This document shows positions 45,524 through 52,974 of a stretch of DNA of 52,974 nt, piece by piece. Below the pieces are notes generated by a model. The model was given only the letters and a program-made list of their open reading frames with translations, ran no database searches and was not told the DNA's origin. The position numbers and the translations under genes are program-made. Numbering within the stretch: the stretch's first letter is position 1; every line of letters begins with the position of its first letter. The DNA comes from a virus (lineage: Duplodnaviria; Caudoviricetes): positions 1-52,974 of IMG/VR virus record IMGVR_UViG_3300048837_000214, one strand, 5' to 3'.

Positions 45524-45745
45524 TCACAGGCCCTTCGAAGTCGCCATGCGGATCTGTCTGGGCCGCGTACTGGTTGTCGTGACCGAAGAGATCTCGCTGT
45601 CGATCCGCGCCAGCGCCTTCTCCATCTGGTCAACGGCCTGCCAGCGAGTCGTCTTGTCGCCGTCGCTCATCTCGGAACGGGCCAGCGCGATATCAGAGAT
45701 CAGTGAATCGCGCTTCGCTTGAAGTTGTTCCAGCGTCAAAGCCAT
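45524..45745 (-). CDS. head-tail adaptor gpW-like
   Basis: 73 aa right after terL; helix-hairpin-helix pattern ending in SKGL. Confidence 0.75.
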   Translation of the reverse strand: MALTLEQLQAKRDSLISDIALARSEMSDGDKTTRWQAVDQMEKALARIDSEISSVTTTSTRPRQIRMATSKGL

Positions 45746-47799
45746 CAGAGCGTCATCCTTCCCATGATTCGAGGCGCGGGAGGCGCTGGGGCCTGTGCGG
45801 GACGGTCGGTCAGTGATTCGGTGAACCGAGGAGCCGATTGCATTGAGCGCCCGAGCCGAAGCTCAATGGACGCCCAGTCGTGCTCCTGAAACCGATCCAT
45901 CCCGCACAAGTACGCGACAGCCAGGCTGTACCCGGCCAAATCGAGAGGTTCGTTGCGCGGCGAGTCCTTCCGCCACTCCACCAAGCCCTTCGCCGTGACG
46001 TGCCGGCTTTCAGCGGTCAGGCCCTGGAAGAAATCGAACGTGTAATCCGGGTAATGGTAGTAGCCAACCGGATACTCGCCGTTATCGACGGGCTTGTCGA
46101 GCCGGAGGGCGTCATAAACGCACTGCTTCGCGTAGGACGAGCCCACCTTCACGATCCGGAGGCCACGGCGCTTGCGGGCCGCGTCGGTGGTGGACACCGT
46201 GTCAATCAGTTTCGTAAAACTGGGGCCACCCTTTAGCGGCACGACGGTCCTGTCCGACAGCACAAACGAGCCGGTCGGACCATGCAGCGGCTGCGGGTAA
46301 CGCCGGCAGAAGTCGTAAACCGGATCGGCGTTGAAGCCAGTGTCCACGCCGACCGCCCGGATCGGCAACGTCCCGCCGCCCTCGACCGGCCACTCCTGCG
46401 CAATCAACTCGGCAAACCGTTCCCACGGCTCGGGCTCCGACGTGCGGCACGGAGTCAACTCGCCCTTCAGGTTGCGGCGCATCGGCTGAATGACTTCGTA
46501 GTAGACACTCCACCGTTGATTCCGGCGCCCAAAGGCCACCAGTTCGAACTCAATGCGGTCGGCCTGAATGTCGGCGGCTCCCACCAGCAGCAGCCCGCCC
46601 TTCGGGACCACGCCAATCTCGTAGGACTCGCGCCGGTCGGACAGCCGCCGCGGGTCCGGCGCATCGCCCTTTTCCTTCCACGCCTCGGCAAATACTGTGT
46701 TCACAATGCCCTTCAGGACGCGGGTATCGCCCTGTGCCAGTTCCCAGTCCTTTACGAGGTCTTCCCATCCGTACCAGCCCATCGGCGAGTAGTAGGCTGG
46801 CAGATGGAAGCTGGCAGACAGGGCCTTGCTCATCTGCCGGAAGATCGGCTCAAGCCCAATCCGCTCGGCCGGCGAGAATCCGTTCTCCATGAGGTCGGGC
46901 CGCCCGGCGCACGCCAGCCATGTCCCCTCGGCCAGCATCCGGGTCTTGTGCCGCTCAGTGATGTGGCCGCCGCACTCACGGCACTCGTAGTAAACCTGGG
47001 CTCGCCGGCTGGCGGCCTCGGTTGCCGGTTCCCCTTCGACACGCTTCGGCCAACGGAACTGAGCAAACACGAACCGCTGGAAGTGGCCGCACAGCGGGCA
47101 GGGCACAAAGTAGTATCGCTGGTCGCCCTTCAAAAACTCCCGATGAATCCGCGACGGCTCAAGCGTCGGCGTCGACACCATGAAGTGCTTGCCATTGGGG
47201 AAGTTGGTCGAGCGCCGGCTCAACAGGAACAGTGGATCGCCCTCACCCTCGGCATCCCCTACGAACCCGTCAACCTCATCCGAGAACTTGTTCGCCGCCG
47301 GGGTCGAGCGCATCTTCTTGGCGCTCGTGGACCACGCAATCTTGATCGTGGCGGCAGTCCCAGCGATTTTCTTGAGGTACGTCGTGTTGCCGGTGCCCTT
47401 GCGCTTGGTGTCCGTGATCTTGCCGGCCAGCGCGGGCGTGTCGTCGACCAACTGGGTCAGCCGCTGGTTCGACCACTCCTTCGCAACACCCTCGCTCGGC
47501 AACGTGACGATGGTCGGCGCCGGGTTCTGGTCGATGATGTAGCCCATCCAGTTCAGACCGATCCTGGTCCCGCCCGTCTGCGATCCTTTTTCGAGGACGA
47601 TATCCTTGGCCGGATGGGACGGCGACAGGCAGTCCATGATGCCGCGGGCGTAAGGCGTTCGGGCGACCCGATAATGGCCGCGCTCAGGGGAATCCCCGCC
47701 GAGCCAGACGTTCTTCTCTGACCAATCCGCCACCGACAGGTCGGGCGGCGGAACCCAGGCTCTGTTCGCGGCCTGGTTGACTGTCTGCCGTGCTGTCAT
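45745..47799 (-). CDS. terL: terminase large subunit (lambda gpA family)
   Basis: RTPY, K.SQ.GGT Walker A, DEVD Walker B, VSTPT, GDQR...VPCP.CG, AD.Q.DR, VDTG and RNEPLD motifs. Confidence 0.93.
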   Translation of the reverse strand: MTARQTVNQAANRAWVPPPDLSVADWSEKNVWLGGDSPERGHYRVARTPYARGIMDCLSPSHPAKDIVLEKGSQTGGTRIGLNWMGYIIDQNPAPTIVTLPSEGVAKEWSNQRLTQLVDDTPALAGKITDTKRKGTGNTTYLKKIAGTAATIKIAWSTSAKKMRSTPAANKFSDEVDGFVGDAEGEGDPLFLLSRRSTNFPNGKHFMVSTPTLEPSRIHREFLKGDQRYYFVPCPLCGHFQRFVFAQFRWPKRVEGEPATEAASRRAQVYYECRECGGHITERHKTRMLAEGTWLACAGRPDLMENGFSPAERIGLEPIFRQMSKALSASFHLPAYYSPMGWYGWEDLVKDWELAQGDTRVLKGIVNTVFAEAWKEKGDAPDPRRLSDRRESYEIGVVPKGGLLLVGAADIQADRIEFELVAFGRRNQRWSVYYEVIQPMRRNLKGELTPCRTSEPEPWERFAELIAQEWPVEGGGTLPIRAVGVDTGFNADPVYDFCRRYPQPLHGPTGSFVLSDRTVVPLKGGPSFTKLIDTVSTTDAARKRRGLRIVKVGSSYAKQCVYDALRLDKPVDNGEYPVGYYHYPDYTFDFFQGLTAESRHVTAKGLVEWRKDSPRNEPLDLAGYSLAVAYLCGMDRFQEHDWASIELRLGRSMQSAPRFTESLTDRPAQAPAPPAPRIMGRMTL

Positions 47800-48425
47800 T
47801 TGGACTTTGCCATTGACCGTTCCGTCATGAACTGCCGAACGTACTTCTCAAGCACCAACCGCGTGGTCCGTTCCTCGGATCCCAGTTCTGCCGCCACCTC
47901 CCGGTGGACGAGCAGTGGCCAGTTCAGCAGCGCCTCGGCATCGGCGCGAAACCGGGCCTCGGTTGCCGACTCCACCTCGGCGCGGTCCACCAGCCGGCGC
48001 TCCTCTTTGTCATTCCGCAGCCGGTCCCGGCGAATCCGCTCCAAAAGGGCTTCCCGCTCCAGATCGGCCTTGCTCTGCTCCCTGCTCGGCTCGACCTGCT
48101 TCGCAATCGCGGCCCGCTTCGGCTTGGCGACTGCCGCCAACTTCCGGGGCTTTGGCTCCACGACAGGCGCGACAGCGACCGGCGCAACGGGCTTCGCCGC
48201 CACTCGATCGCCCCGCCGCGGGACGCCGCCTTGCTTCGCTCCGAGGCTGTGACTCAGTGATGCCCGGCACTCATCCAAGTCGAAAAGCCCGTTGGCTAGG
48301 GGCCGAATCCTGCCGGCCGCCTTGTATTTGACGACCATCGGCGGGCTGACACCCAACTCGGCGGCAAGCTGTTTCCCGTTTAGCATCAATGACTTAGGTT
48401 CCGCCGAAGTGGTTAATCGGCCCAT
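47796..48425 (-). CDS. terS: terminase small subunit (Nu1-like)
   Basis: N-terminal HTH LAAELGVSPPMV, coiled coil and LVDRAEV motif; overlaps the terL start. Confidence 0.8.
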   Translation of the reverse strand: MGRLTTSAEPKSLMLNGKQLAAELGVSPPMVVKYKAAGRIRPLANGLFDLDECRASLSHSLGAKQGGVPRRGDRVAAKPVAPVAVAPVVEPKPRKLAAVAKPKRAAIAKQVEPSREQSKADLEREALLERIRRDRLRNDKEERRLVDRAEVESATEARFRADAEALLNWPLLVHREVAAELGSEERTTRLVLEKYVRQFMTERSMAKSK

Positions 48426-48533
48426 CGGTTAATCTTTCGACGCGCCAAAGTCGGTTAACTGCCCGCCACCCCTGAAAATTGGCGTATGTGTGCAAGGTAA
48501 CCACCCGCCCGCTAGATCCCGTCGGGAGTACCT
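48411..48533 (-). promoter_or_regulatory. putative cos packaging site
   Basis: Minus strand: AGGTACT (cosQ-like; lambda GGGTCCT), 16 nt, GGGCGGGTGGTT (lambda cohesive end GGGCGGCGACCT), then three plus-strand GGTTAA copies (48411, 48427, 48453) as possible TerS sites. Directly upstream of terS with a gpA-type terL. Confidence 0.5.
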
Positions 48534-48857
48534 TTGCAAATACTTGAATATGTCGATTTGACTCGCCTGGCTCGAGGCCGGCCGCGGTATCCGCCAAGGC
48601 GCCGGTCAGCCTGGCCGCCGGCCGCCGATTGCTACCGGCCGGTGCCTGCCAGCTCCGCGGTACCGTCTGTTTGCCGCGGCCGCCTCATGCTGGGCTCGAG
48701 CACCGCGCCCCTACTCGAGCTCGGCCGTGGTTACCGGCCGCCGAACACCCCCCCCTACCCCCCCCTCACCCAAGGGTCTACTCCAAAACAAAAACCCCCT
48801 GTCGGGGGCTACGGGAAGAGATTTTCGTCAGCCGCGATCTGACGTGCTATCGCAAAC

Positions 48858-48886
48858 AGGATGCCACTCTTTTGTTTCGGTGTCAA
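48858..48886 (-). promoter_or_regulatory. leftward (late) sigma70-type promoter
   Basis: TTGACA, 17 nt (ending TGG), CATCCT, pointing toward terS. Confidence 0.6.
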
Positions 48887-48941
48887 GCGCGGGAATTTGG
48901 CCGGCCTCGGAGCTCGCCTGGACTCGGCCTGGCCGCCTCAC

Positions 48942-49001
48942 TTTTTTTTACGTCTGATGTCGATTTTCCTTGACTCATGCTTAGCACTATGAGAGTATTG
49001 T
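48942..49001 (+). promoter_or_regulatory. rightward promoter candidate with inverted repeat
   Basis: T8 tract, TTGACT at 48970 and CTCAT-N10-ATGAG palindrome in the spacer; the -10 is ambiguous. Confidence 0.4.
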
Positions 49002-49057
49002 GTAGAGGCTACTTACCAGAAGCAGCCAGACGGCGCAGAGCGCTGAGAGGAGAGGAA

Positions 49058-49102
49058 ATGTTGACCGATGGATCGCTGGTCTACAACCTGAAACTGACGT
49101 AA
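49058..49102 (+). CDS. 14-aa mini-ORF MLTDGSLVYNLKLT
   Basis: Strong GAGAGGAGAGG SD directly before the ATG. Confidence 0.4.
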   Translation: MLTDGSLVYNLKLT

Positions 49103-49183
49103 CCCCGGCGGGCTGGCGACAGCCCCGCCCGTCCTGGCCTTCGCAGAGGCCGGAATAGGCGACAGCCGAGAGAGGAGAGAGAT

Positions 49184-49375
49184 ATGAGTACCGCACCATG
49201 GGATCAGCCGACAAACGGCACAACCGTAACGATTTGGGAGAGCGAATATTGCCCACTGCCAGCGGGCGCGACAATCCACCACTCTGCGCCAGTCTCTCGC
49301 AGGATCAACGGAGTAGGTGATGTTGGGGTCCGGTTGCTAATCTCGTGGCCGAATCCAGACTACCGCCCACAGTAA
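49184..49375 (+). CDS. small hypothetical protein
   Basis: GAGAGGAGAG SD; 63 aa; followed by a GC hairpin. Confidence 0.6.
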   Translation: MSTAPWDQPTNGTTVTIWESEYCPLPAGATIHHSAPVSRRINGVGDVGVRLLISWPNPDYRPQ

Positions 49376-49475
49376 ACCGCCCCTCCGGGCGGACCTGTGC
49401 CAGTGGTGGCCGGCAGAGGCCGTCCCCGGCCCCCCGCTGTTCGCAGACGGCGGAGGGCTGGAGATCAGATAGTGC

Positions 49476-49971
49476 GGCTCGTCCAGACGGGCGGGCCGCG
49501 TCAGTGTATCTAGGCTCGTCCATTGTGGCTCGTCCAGTGGATGTGATGCCTCGTCCATTACCTCGCCTCGTCCATTGAGAGGCTGGGCGAACGCGTAGCC
49601 GTGTCCATTGGGCGCAGAAAGGATTGACATGAAGAGAAAACCTATGCCCCGCGCCAGCCGCGGGCGACTCGGCGGCCTGGCGCGATCCGCGAACCTGTCG
49701 CCAGCAGAACGCAGGGAGGGAGCTTCGGCCGCGGCCAGGTCGCGCTGGGCTGACGTGACTCCGGAGCAGCGGGCGGAGATCACCCGCAAGATGGTCGAGG
49801 GCCGGAAGCGCTGGATCGAGGCGAAGGCGGCGGCGAAGGCGCAGGCAGCGGAGGCCCAGACAGGCTGAAGCCGGCCTCGTCCATCAGACGTCGGGCAGCC
49901 TCGTCCATTGATGCGCCGAGGTGATCGCCTCGTCCATCACCCTGCCTCGTCCAGTGGCTTGCCTCGTCCAT
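49476..49971 (+). repeat. two clusters of G(G/C)CTCGTCCA(T/G) direct repeats
   Basis: Copies at 49476, 49513, 49527, 49548, 49565 and 49874, 49898, 49927, 49944, 49961, all on the same strand; degenerate copy near 49600. Confidence 0.92.
49629..49868 (+). CDS. small basic helical protein (GRxGGxAR...L.P.ERxE.A..AA..RW family), putative nucleic-acid binder
   Basis: GAAAGGA SD, ATG at 49629; duplicated LSPAERRE/VTPEQRAE...RW unit. Confidence 0.72.
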   Translation: MKRKPMPRASRGRLGGLARSANLSPAERREGASAAARSRWADVTPEQRAEITRKMVEGRKRWIEAKAAAKAQAAEAQTG

Positions 49972-50209
49972 CGGCCTCCAACTCGCGGATCTTGCGCTCC
50001 CACCACGTCAGGCCGTCGGCCTCGACCATGCCGCCCTGAAGCGTGATGGGCTTGGAGTTGCCGTCCTCATCCGTGGATGTGAACTCAATCTCTATCGGTC
50101 GGTCAATGTGCGTCAAGTCGAGGCCGTCCACCGGCTCAAGTTTGAACTCCACATTGATCGGCCCCGGCTGCTCATAGCCGCGCGTCGTCGGGTTGCCTGT
50201 CTCGTCCAT
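49937..50209 (-). CDS. hypothetical acidic protein
   Basis: TAATG-coupled to the upstream gene; end of the early block. Confidence 0.55.
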   Translation of the reverse strand: MDETGNPTTRGYEQPGPINVEFKLEPVDGLDLTHIDRPIEIEFTSTDEDGNSKPITLQGGMVEADGLTWWERKIRELEADGRGKPLDEAG

Positions 50210-50469
50210 TAGATCTCACTTCCTCGCGCGCCCACCAGTGCGTACACCGGCCCAGTCGGCAAGTCCTGCGTGATACAGTAGCCCGTCCGCTCCAGGTGGA
50301 TCAAACCCGTCAGCCGCTCGATGACCACGCAGGCCTTGAGGTGCCCGCGTCTCCCGCGGACAGGCTTCAGGCGCCGTAATGTGACCAGTTTCTCGGCCTC
50401 GTCCGACGGCAGCCGCTGGATCATTTGGGCCTTGCCCTCGATGCAGATGTAGACAGGGACCTTAGACAT
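50209..50469 (-). CDS. hypothetical protein
   Basis: GGAGG RBS, coupled stop/start. Confidence 0.65.
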   Translation of the reverse strand: MSKVPVYICIEGKAQMIQRLPSDEAEKLVTLRRLKPVRGRRGHLKACVVIERLTGLIHLERTGYCITQDLPTGPVYALVGARGSEI

Positions 50470-50615
50470 CAGCCCTCCGCTCGCAGAACGACCGGCAGTG
50501 GTGCCCCAGATGAGATAGGCGCGGCTGCCGGTCGTGGTGTCTGGTTATGCCGGCATCCTACACCGAATCCGCCGGCGAAACAAGAGGGTATGGAAATGTT
50601 GTGGCGCGGGGTCAT
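50469..50615 (-). CDS. hypothetical small protein
   Basis: ATGA overlap; fills the gap. Confidence 0.4.
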   Translation of the reverse strand: MTPRHNISIPSCFAGGFGVGCRHNQTPRPAAAPISSGAPLPVVLRAEG

Positions 50616-50830
50616 GCGCCCCTCCGGATCAGGGTGGCGTGGAGGCACCATTTGCCCCAGTAACGCAAATCGCACTCATCGTCATACCTATACCCGTGGT
50701 TAGTGGTGGAGTGATAGACGATGGTCCCTGAAATCTTGCGTATCGCCCGCAGCACCCCCCGCGCCCACACGTCCCCCGGCTTCGGGTTATTGCGGGCGTC
50801 CCGGATCTCGGCGGGGGTGAAGTCAGGCAT
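50612..50830 (-). CDS. hypothetical protein (PKPGDVW motif)
   Basis: GGAGG RBS before MPDFTP. Confidence 0.6.
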   Translation of the reverse strand: MPDFTPAEIRDARNNPKPGDVWARGVLRAIRKISGTIVYHSTTNHGYRYDDECDLRYWGKWCLHATLIRRGA

Positions 50831-51077
50831 TGTCGCCCTCCTCGCAATCCCCGCAAACCCACGGCCCAATACGCCGCCCTGGAAAGTACCCGACCTCGCC
50901 GCATTTCTCGCAACGCTTCCGGTATGCGGGTTGGCACTCGCTTCCCAAATCCCCACAAGGAGCCAAGTCATTCACATCGCACCCGCACTCGCTATCTGGG
51001 TGGCACAAGCCATCCGCGCCCATTTCCACTAGCGCCTTGCGCACGATGGATTCGACCGTGATGATTTGGTCAGGCAT
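50823..51077 (-). CDS. Cys-rich hypothetical protein
   Basis: GGAGG RBS; GADGLC...ECGC..DLAPC motif. Confidence 0.65.
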   Translation of the reverse strand: MPDQIITVESIVRKALVEMGADGLCHPDSECGCDVNDLAPCGDLGSECQPAYRKRCEKCGEVGYFPGRRIGPWVCGDCEEGDNA

Positions 51078-52230
51078 TGCGGGCCTCCGGGAACTGCCGC
51101 ACTCGTAGGTCGTCGGGCCACTCAGTAGGGTCGCCACCCTTCTTGGTTGCCGGGTAGTCGTAAACTCCAAGGTCGCTACTCCAAAGAGCGCTAGTCAATC
51201 CTTCCGGCCAGTGATCCGAGGCGAATTCTGGGCGACTTCCGATCTGCTTCACGAAGCACGGCACGCCGGCCGCCGCGCACTGCTGCACTATCGACCTGAT
51301 CCACTCCAGCCGGCACGGCCTCGCCCCAGTCCCGGACTCGCCGCCGACTATGACCCAGTGCAGGTTTTGCGGCATCACGCCTGTCCCGTTACAAGGGCAA
51401 TCCTCTCTGTGGTAGTATGCACCGGGGCCGCACTCGTCAAGCCCGCCGCCAGTCCAATGCTCCGGCTTAAGCCAACAACTGAGATCCACCGGCCCCAACA
51501 GCGGCTCCACCGACAGGAACCGCACAGCCGCCGGCGTAGCCAGCAGGTGCGGTATCCGCTCGTCAGCCGTCGTCTGGTCCTCAACAGAGACGCCGAGCCA
51601 GACGTTCGGCAGGGGCCACAGTCGCCCATGCCGACCAGGTGCGCACCATGCGGAATTGCTATCCTGCCAGATGCGATCCGACAAATACCCCGCGTCCCTG
51701 CGGTCGTGCGCCCACTTGTAGGCCGAGTATGCAGCCTCGCGCTGAAACCACGGCGACCCCACAACCTCGCGCATTCTTTGCCCTCGCTTGGTAAGCACAA
51801 GAAACGTGTGCGGCCCCATGCCTCCGTAAAACCCGCGCTTCTGGTTGTACTTCTGGCCGAACAATGGGTTTTCGCCCTTTTCGTACGCCCCCGCGACGGC
51901 CATGATTCCAAACAGCGTGGCAATGTCTTCCCGCGAAACGCTGTCGTGGAACGTGTCGCTCATCGAGTTCACAAAGATCCGGCGCGGCTTCCTCCACCGC
52001 AGCGGCACGTCCAACTGGCTCTCGATCAACTCCACCTTGCCCGTCCAGCGCGGTCCCTGCGGCGTCATGATGGCGAAGGGTTCGCCCGTCGTGGGTGAGT
52101 TCAAACCGGGCAGACCACGCGCCGCCATGCGTTCGGCGTAGCAGTTCCGGCAACCTTCAGACACGCGCGAACAACCCCTAAGCGGGTTCCACGTCGCGTC
52201 GGTCCATGCGATCTCGGTTCGGTCACCCAC
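51070..52230 (-). CDS. DUF5131 (phage Gp37/Gp68, radical-SAM-like) protein
   Basis: IAWTDATWNP..GC..VS.GC.NCYA, IFVNSMSD.FH, LTKR, NVWLGVSVE, RFLSVEPLLG, WVIVGGESG and FVKQ.G motifs. Confidence 0.92.
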   Translation of the reverse strand: MGDRTEIAWTDATWNPLRGCSRVSEGCRNCYAERMAARGLPGLNSPTTGEPFAIMTPQGPRWTGKVELIESQLDVPLRWRKPRRIFVNSMSDTFHDSVSREDIATLFGIMAVAGAYEKGENPLFGQKYNQKRGFYGGMGPHTFLVLTKRGQRMREVVGSPWFQREAAYSAYKWAHDRRDAGYLSDRIWQDSNSAWCAPGRHGRLWPLPNVWLGVSVEDQTTADERIPHLLATPAAVRFLSVEPLLGPVDLSCWLKPEHWTGGGLDECGPGAYYHREDCPCNGTGVMPQNLHWVIVGGESGTGARPCRLEWIRSIVQQCAAAGVPCFVKQIGSRPEFASDHWPEGLTSALWSSDLGVYDYPATKKGGDPTEWPDDLRVRQFPEARNA

Positions 52231-52612
52231 GGGCCACCTCCTCCCCCGCGAGGGCGGCGTGGCGGGCGAGGACTCTTATGCCGCTACAGGACGGGCATAC
52301 TGCGTCAAGGGGCGTCCCGGTCACCGGGCCTGTTGAGTAGCAGTCGCCAGGGATGTTATGATCCCCAATTACAAATTCCAACGCCTCCCGCGTCTCGCAC
52401 AGCGCGGTGCGGAGCCGGCCGTTCTCCTCCCGCGCCTCGATCAACTTGTTGCCTCGTTCTGCTGACTGCTCAGCGAGGCCCAAACACTTAGCCTTTAGTG
52501 CGTCCCGCTCGGCGGTGAGGGCGAGGAACTCGTCCCGGTATTGGTCGGCGCGAATCATGGGCACCGCCTTTGCCGCATCAAGCACTTCCATAAGTTCTTT
52601 GATGGCGCTCAT
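52223..52612 (-). CDS. hypothetical coiled-coil protein
   Basis: GGAGG RBS, ATGA overlap. Confidence 0.65.
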   Translation of the reverse strand: MSAIKELMEVLDAAKAVPMIRADQYRDEFLALTAERDALKAKCLGLAEQSAERGNKLIEAREENGRLRTALCETREALEFVIGDHNIPGDCYSTGPVTGTPLDAVCPSCSGIRVLARHAALAGEEVARG

Positions 52613-52974
52613 CCCTTCACCTCCAGCGCTTTCTTGCGCAGCCATTCCTCGACACCGCCATGCGCCAATTCATAGCCACAGCAATCCGGACCATCGCGCA
52701 ACACGGCCCATGAGTCTGCGGCCTGATTCAACGCCTCCCGCCGCGCCTTCTCGCGGACGGCGGCGAGGATGGTGGATGGTATGTCGTGCTTGAGAGTCAA
52801 GTACGCCTCGACCATCTTTGAGTTCAACTCGCAGACCTGCTCGTGATCGTAGTTGGACGGGTTCAATTCTGGCGCGTCTTGTAGTGCGTCCCACACCGCT
52901 TCTTTCGTCGCCTCCAGTTCCGCACACCGCTCGTTCGCGGCGGCGAGCTCGGTTTCGAGGGCGGCGCGCTTCGC
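52609..52974 (-). CDS. hypothetical coiled-coil protein, 3' part (starts at 274)
   Basis: Same frame as 1..274 across the terminal repeat. Confidence 0.75.
   Translation of the reverse strand, partial: AKRAALETELAAANERCAELEATKEAVWDALQDAPELNPSNYDHEQVCELNSKMVEAYLTLKHDIPSTILAAVREKARREALNQAADSWAVLRDGPDCCGYELAHGGVEEWLRKKALEVKG
52848..52974. repeat. 127-bp direct terminal repeat, copy 2
   Basis: Identical to 1-127. Confidence 0.95.

Noticed and set aside
49476-49971. CRISPR or mini-array interpretation of the CTCGTCCA repeats
   Set aside because: Repeats are about 11 bp with 3-26 bp gaps, are non-palindromic, and no cas genes are present.
49305-49971. Minus-strand ORFs with MDEA/LDEP repeats (49305-49523, 49337-49789, 49780-49971)
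   Set aside because: The peptide repeats are a by-product of the DNA motif falling in several frames, and two of these ORFs overlap a better-supported plus-strand gene.

Overview
This window looks like a complete, circularly assembled long-tailed (siphovirus-like) dsDNA phage genome of about 52,847 bp. Bases 1-127 are repeated exactly at 52848-52974, and a gene reads through the join. Almost all genes are on the minus strand, in two blocks. The early/replication block runs from 13768 down to 1 and wraps to about 49937: RHH regulator, putative annealing protein, SMC-like ATPase, RusA, SF2 helicase, two DNA methyltransferases, an O-like initiator with internal iterons, a PAPS-reductase-like protein and DUF5131. 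The late block runs from 48425 to 13864: lambda-type terminase, gpW, portal, S49 protease/scaffold, decoration protein, gpE-type capsid, tail, tape measure, Dit/hub, tailspike, M15 endolysin and an alpha/beta hydrolase. No integrase, CI-type repressor or ParA was recognised. The most unusual parts are: (1) five consecutive late genes (14538-25075) whose products combine tail-fibre/adhesin/glycan-active modules with Sec-type signal peptides; (2) ten same-strand CTCGTCCA repeats flanking a small basic gene near the predicted cos end, sharing a core with the palindrome over the RHH promoter; (3) a D-arm-less tRNA-like element and a second structured RNA behind a boxA-like site at 12913-13090. All family calls come from recognising motifs by eye; no database search was run. 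An Acidobacteriota-like diderm host is only a tentative impression.
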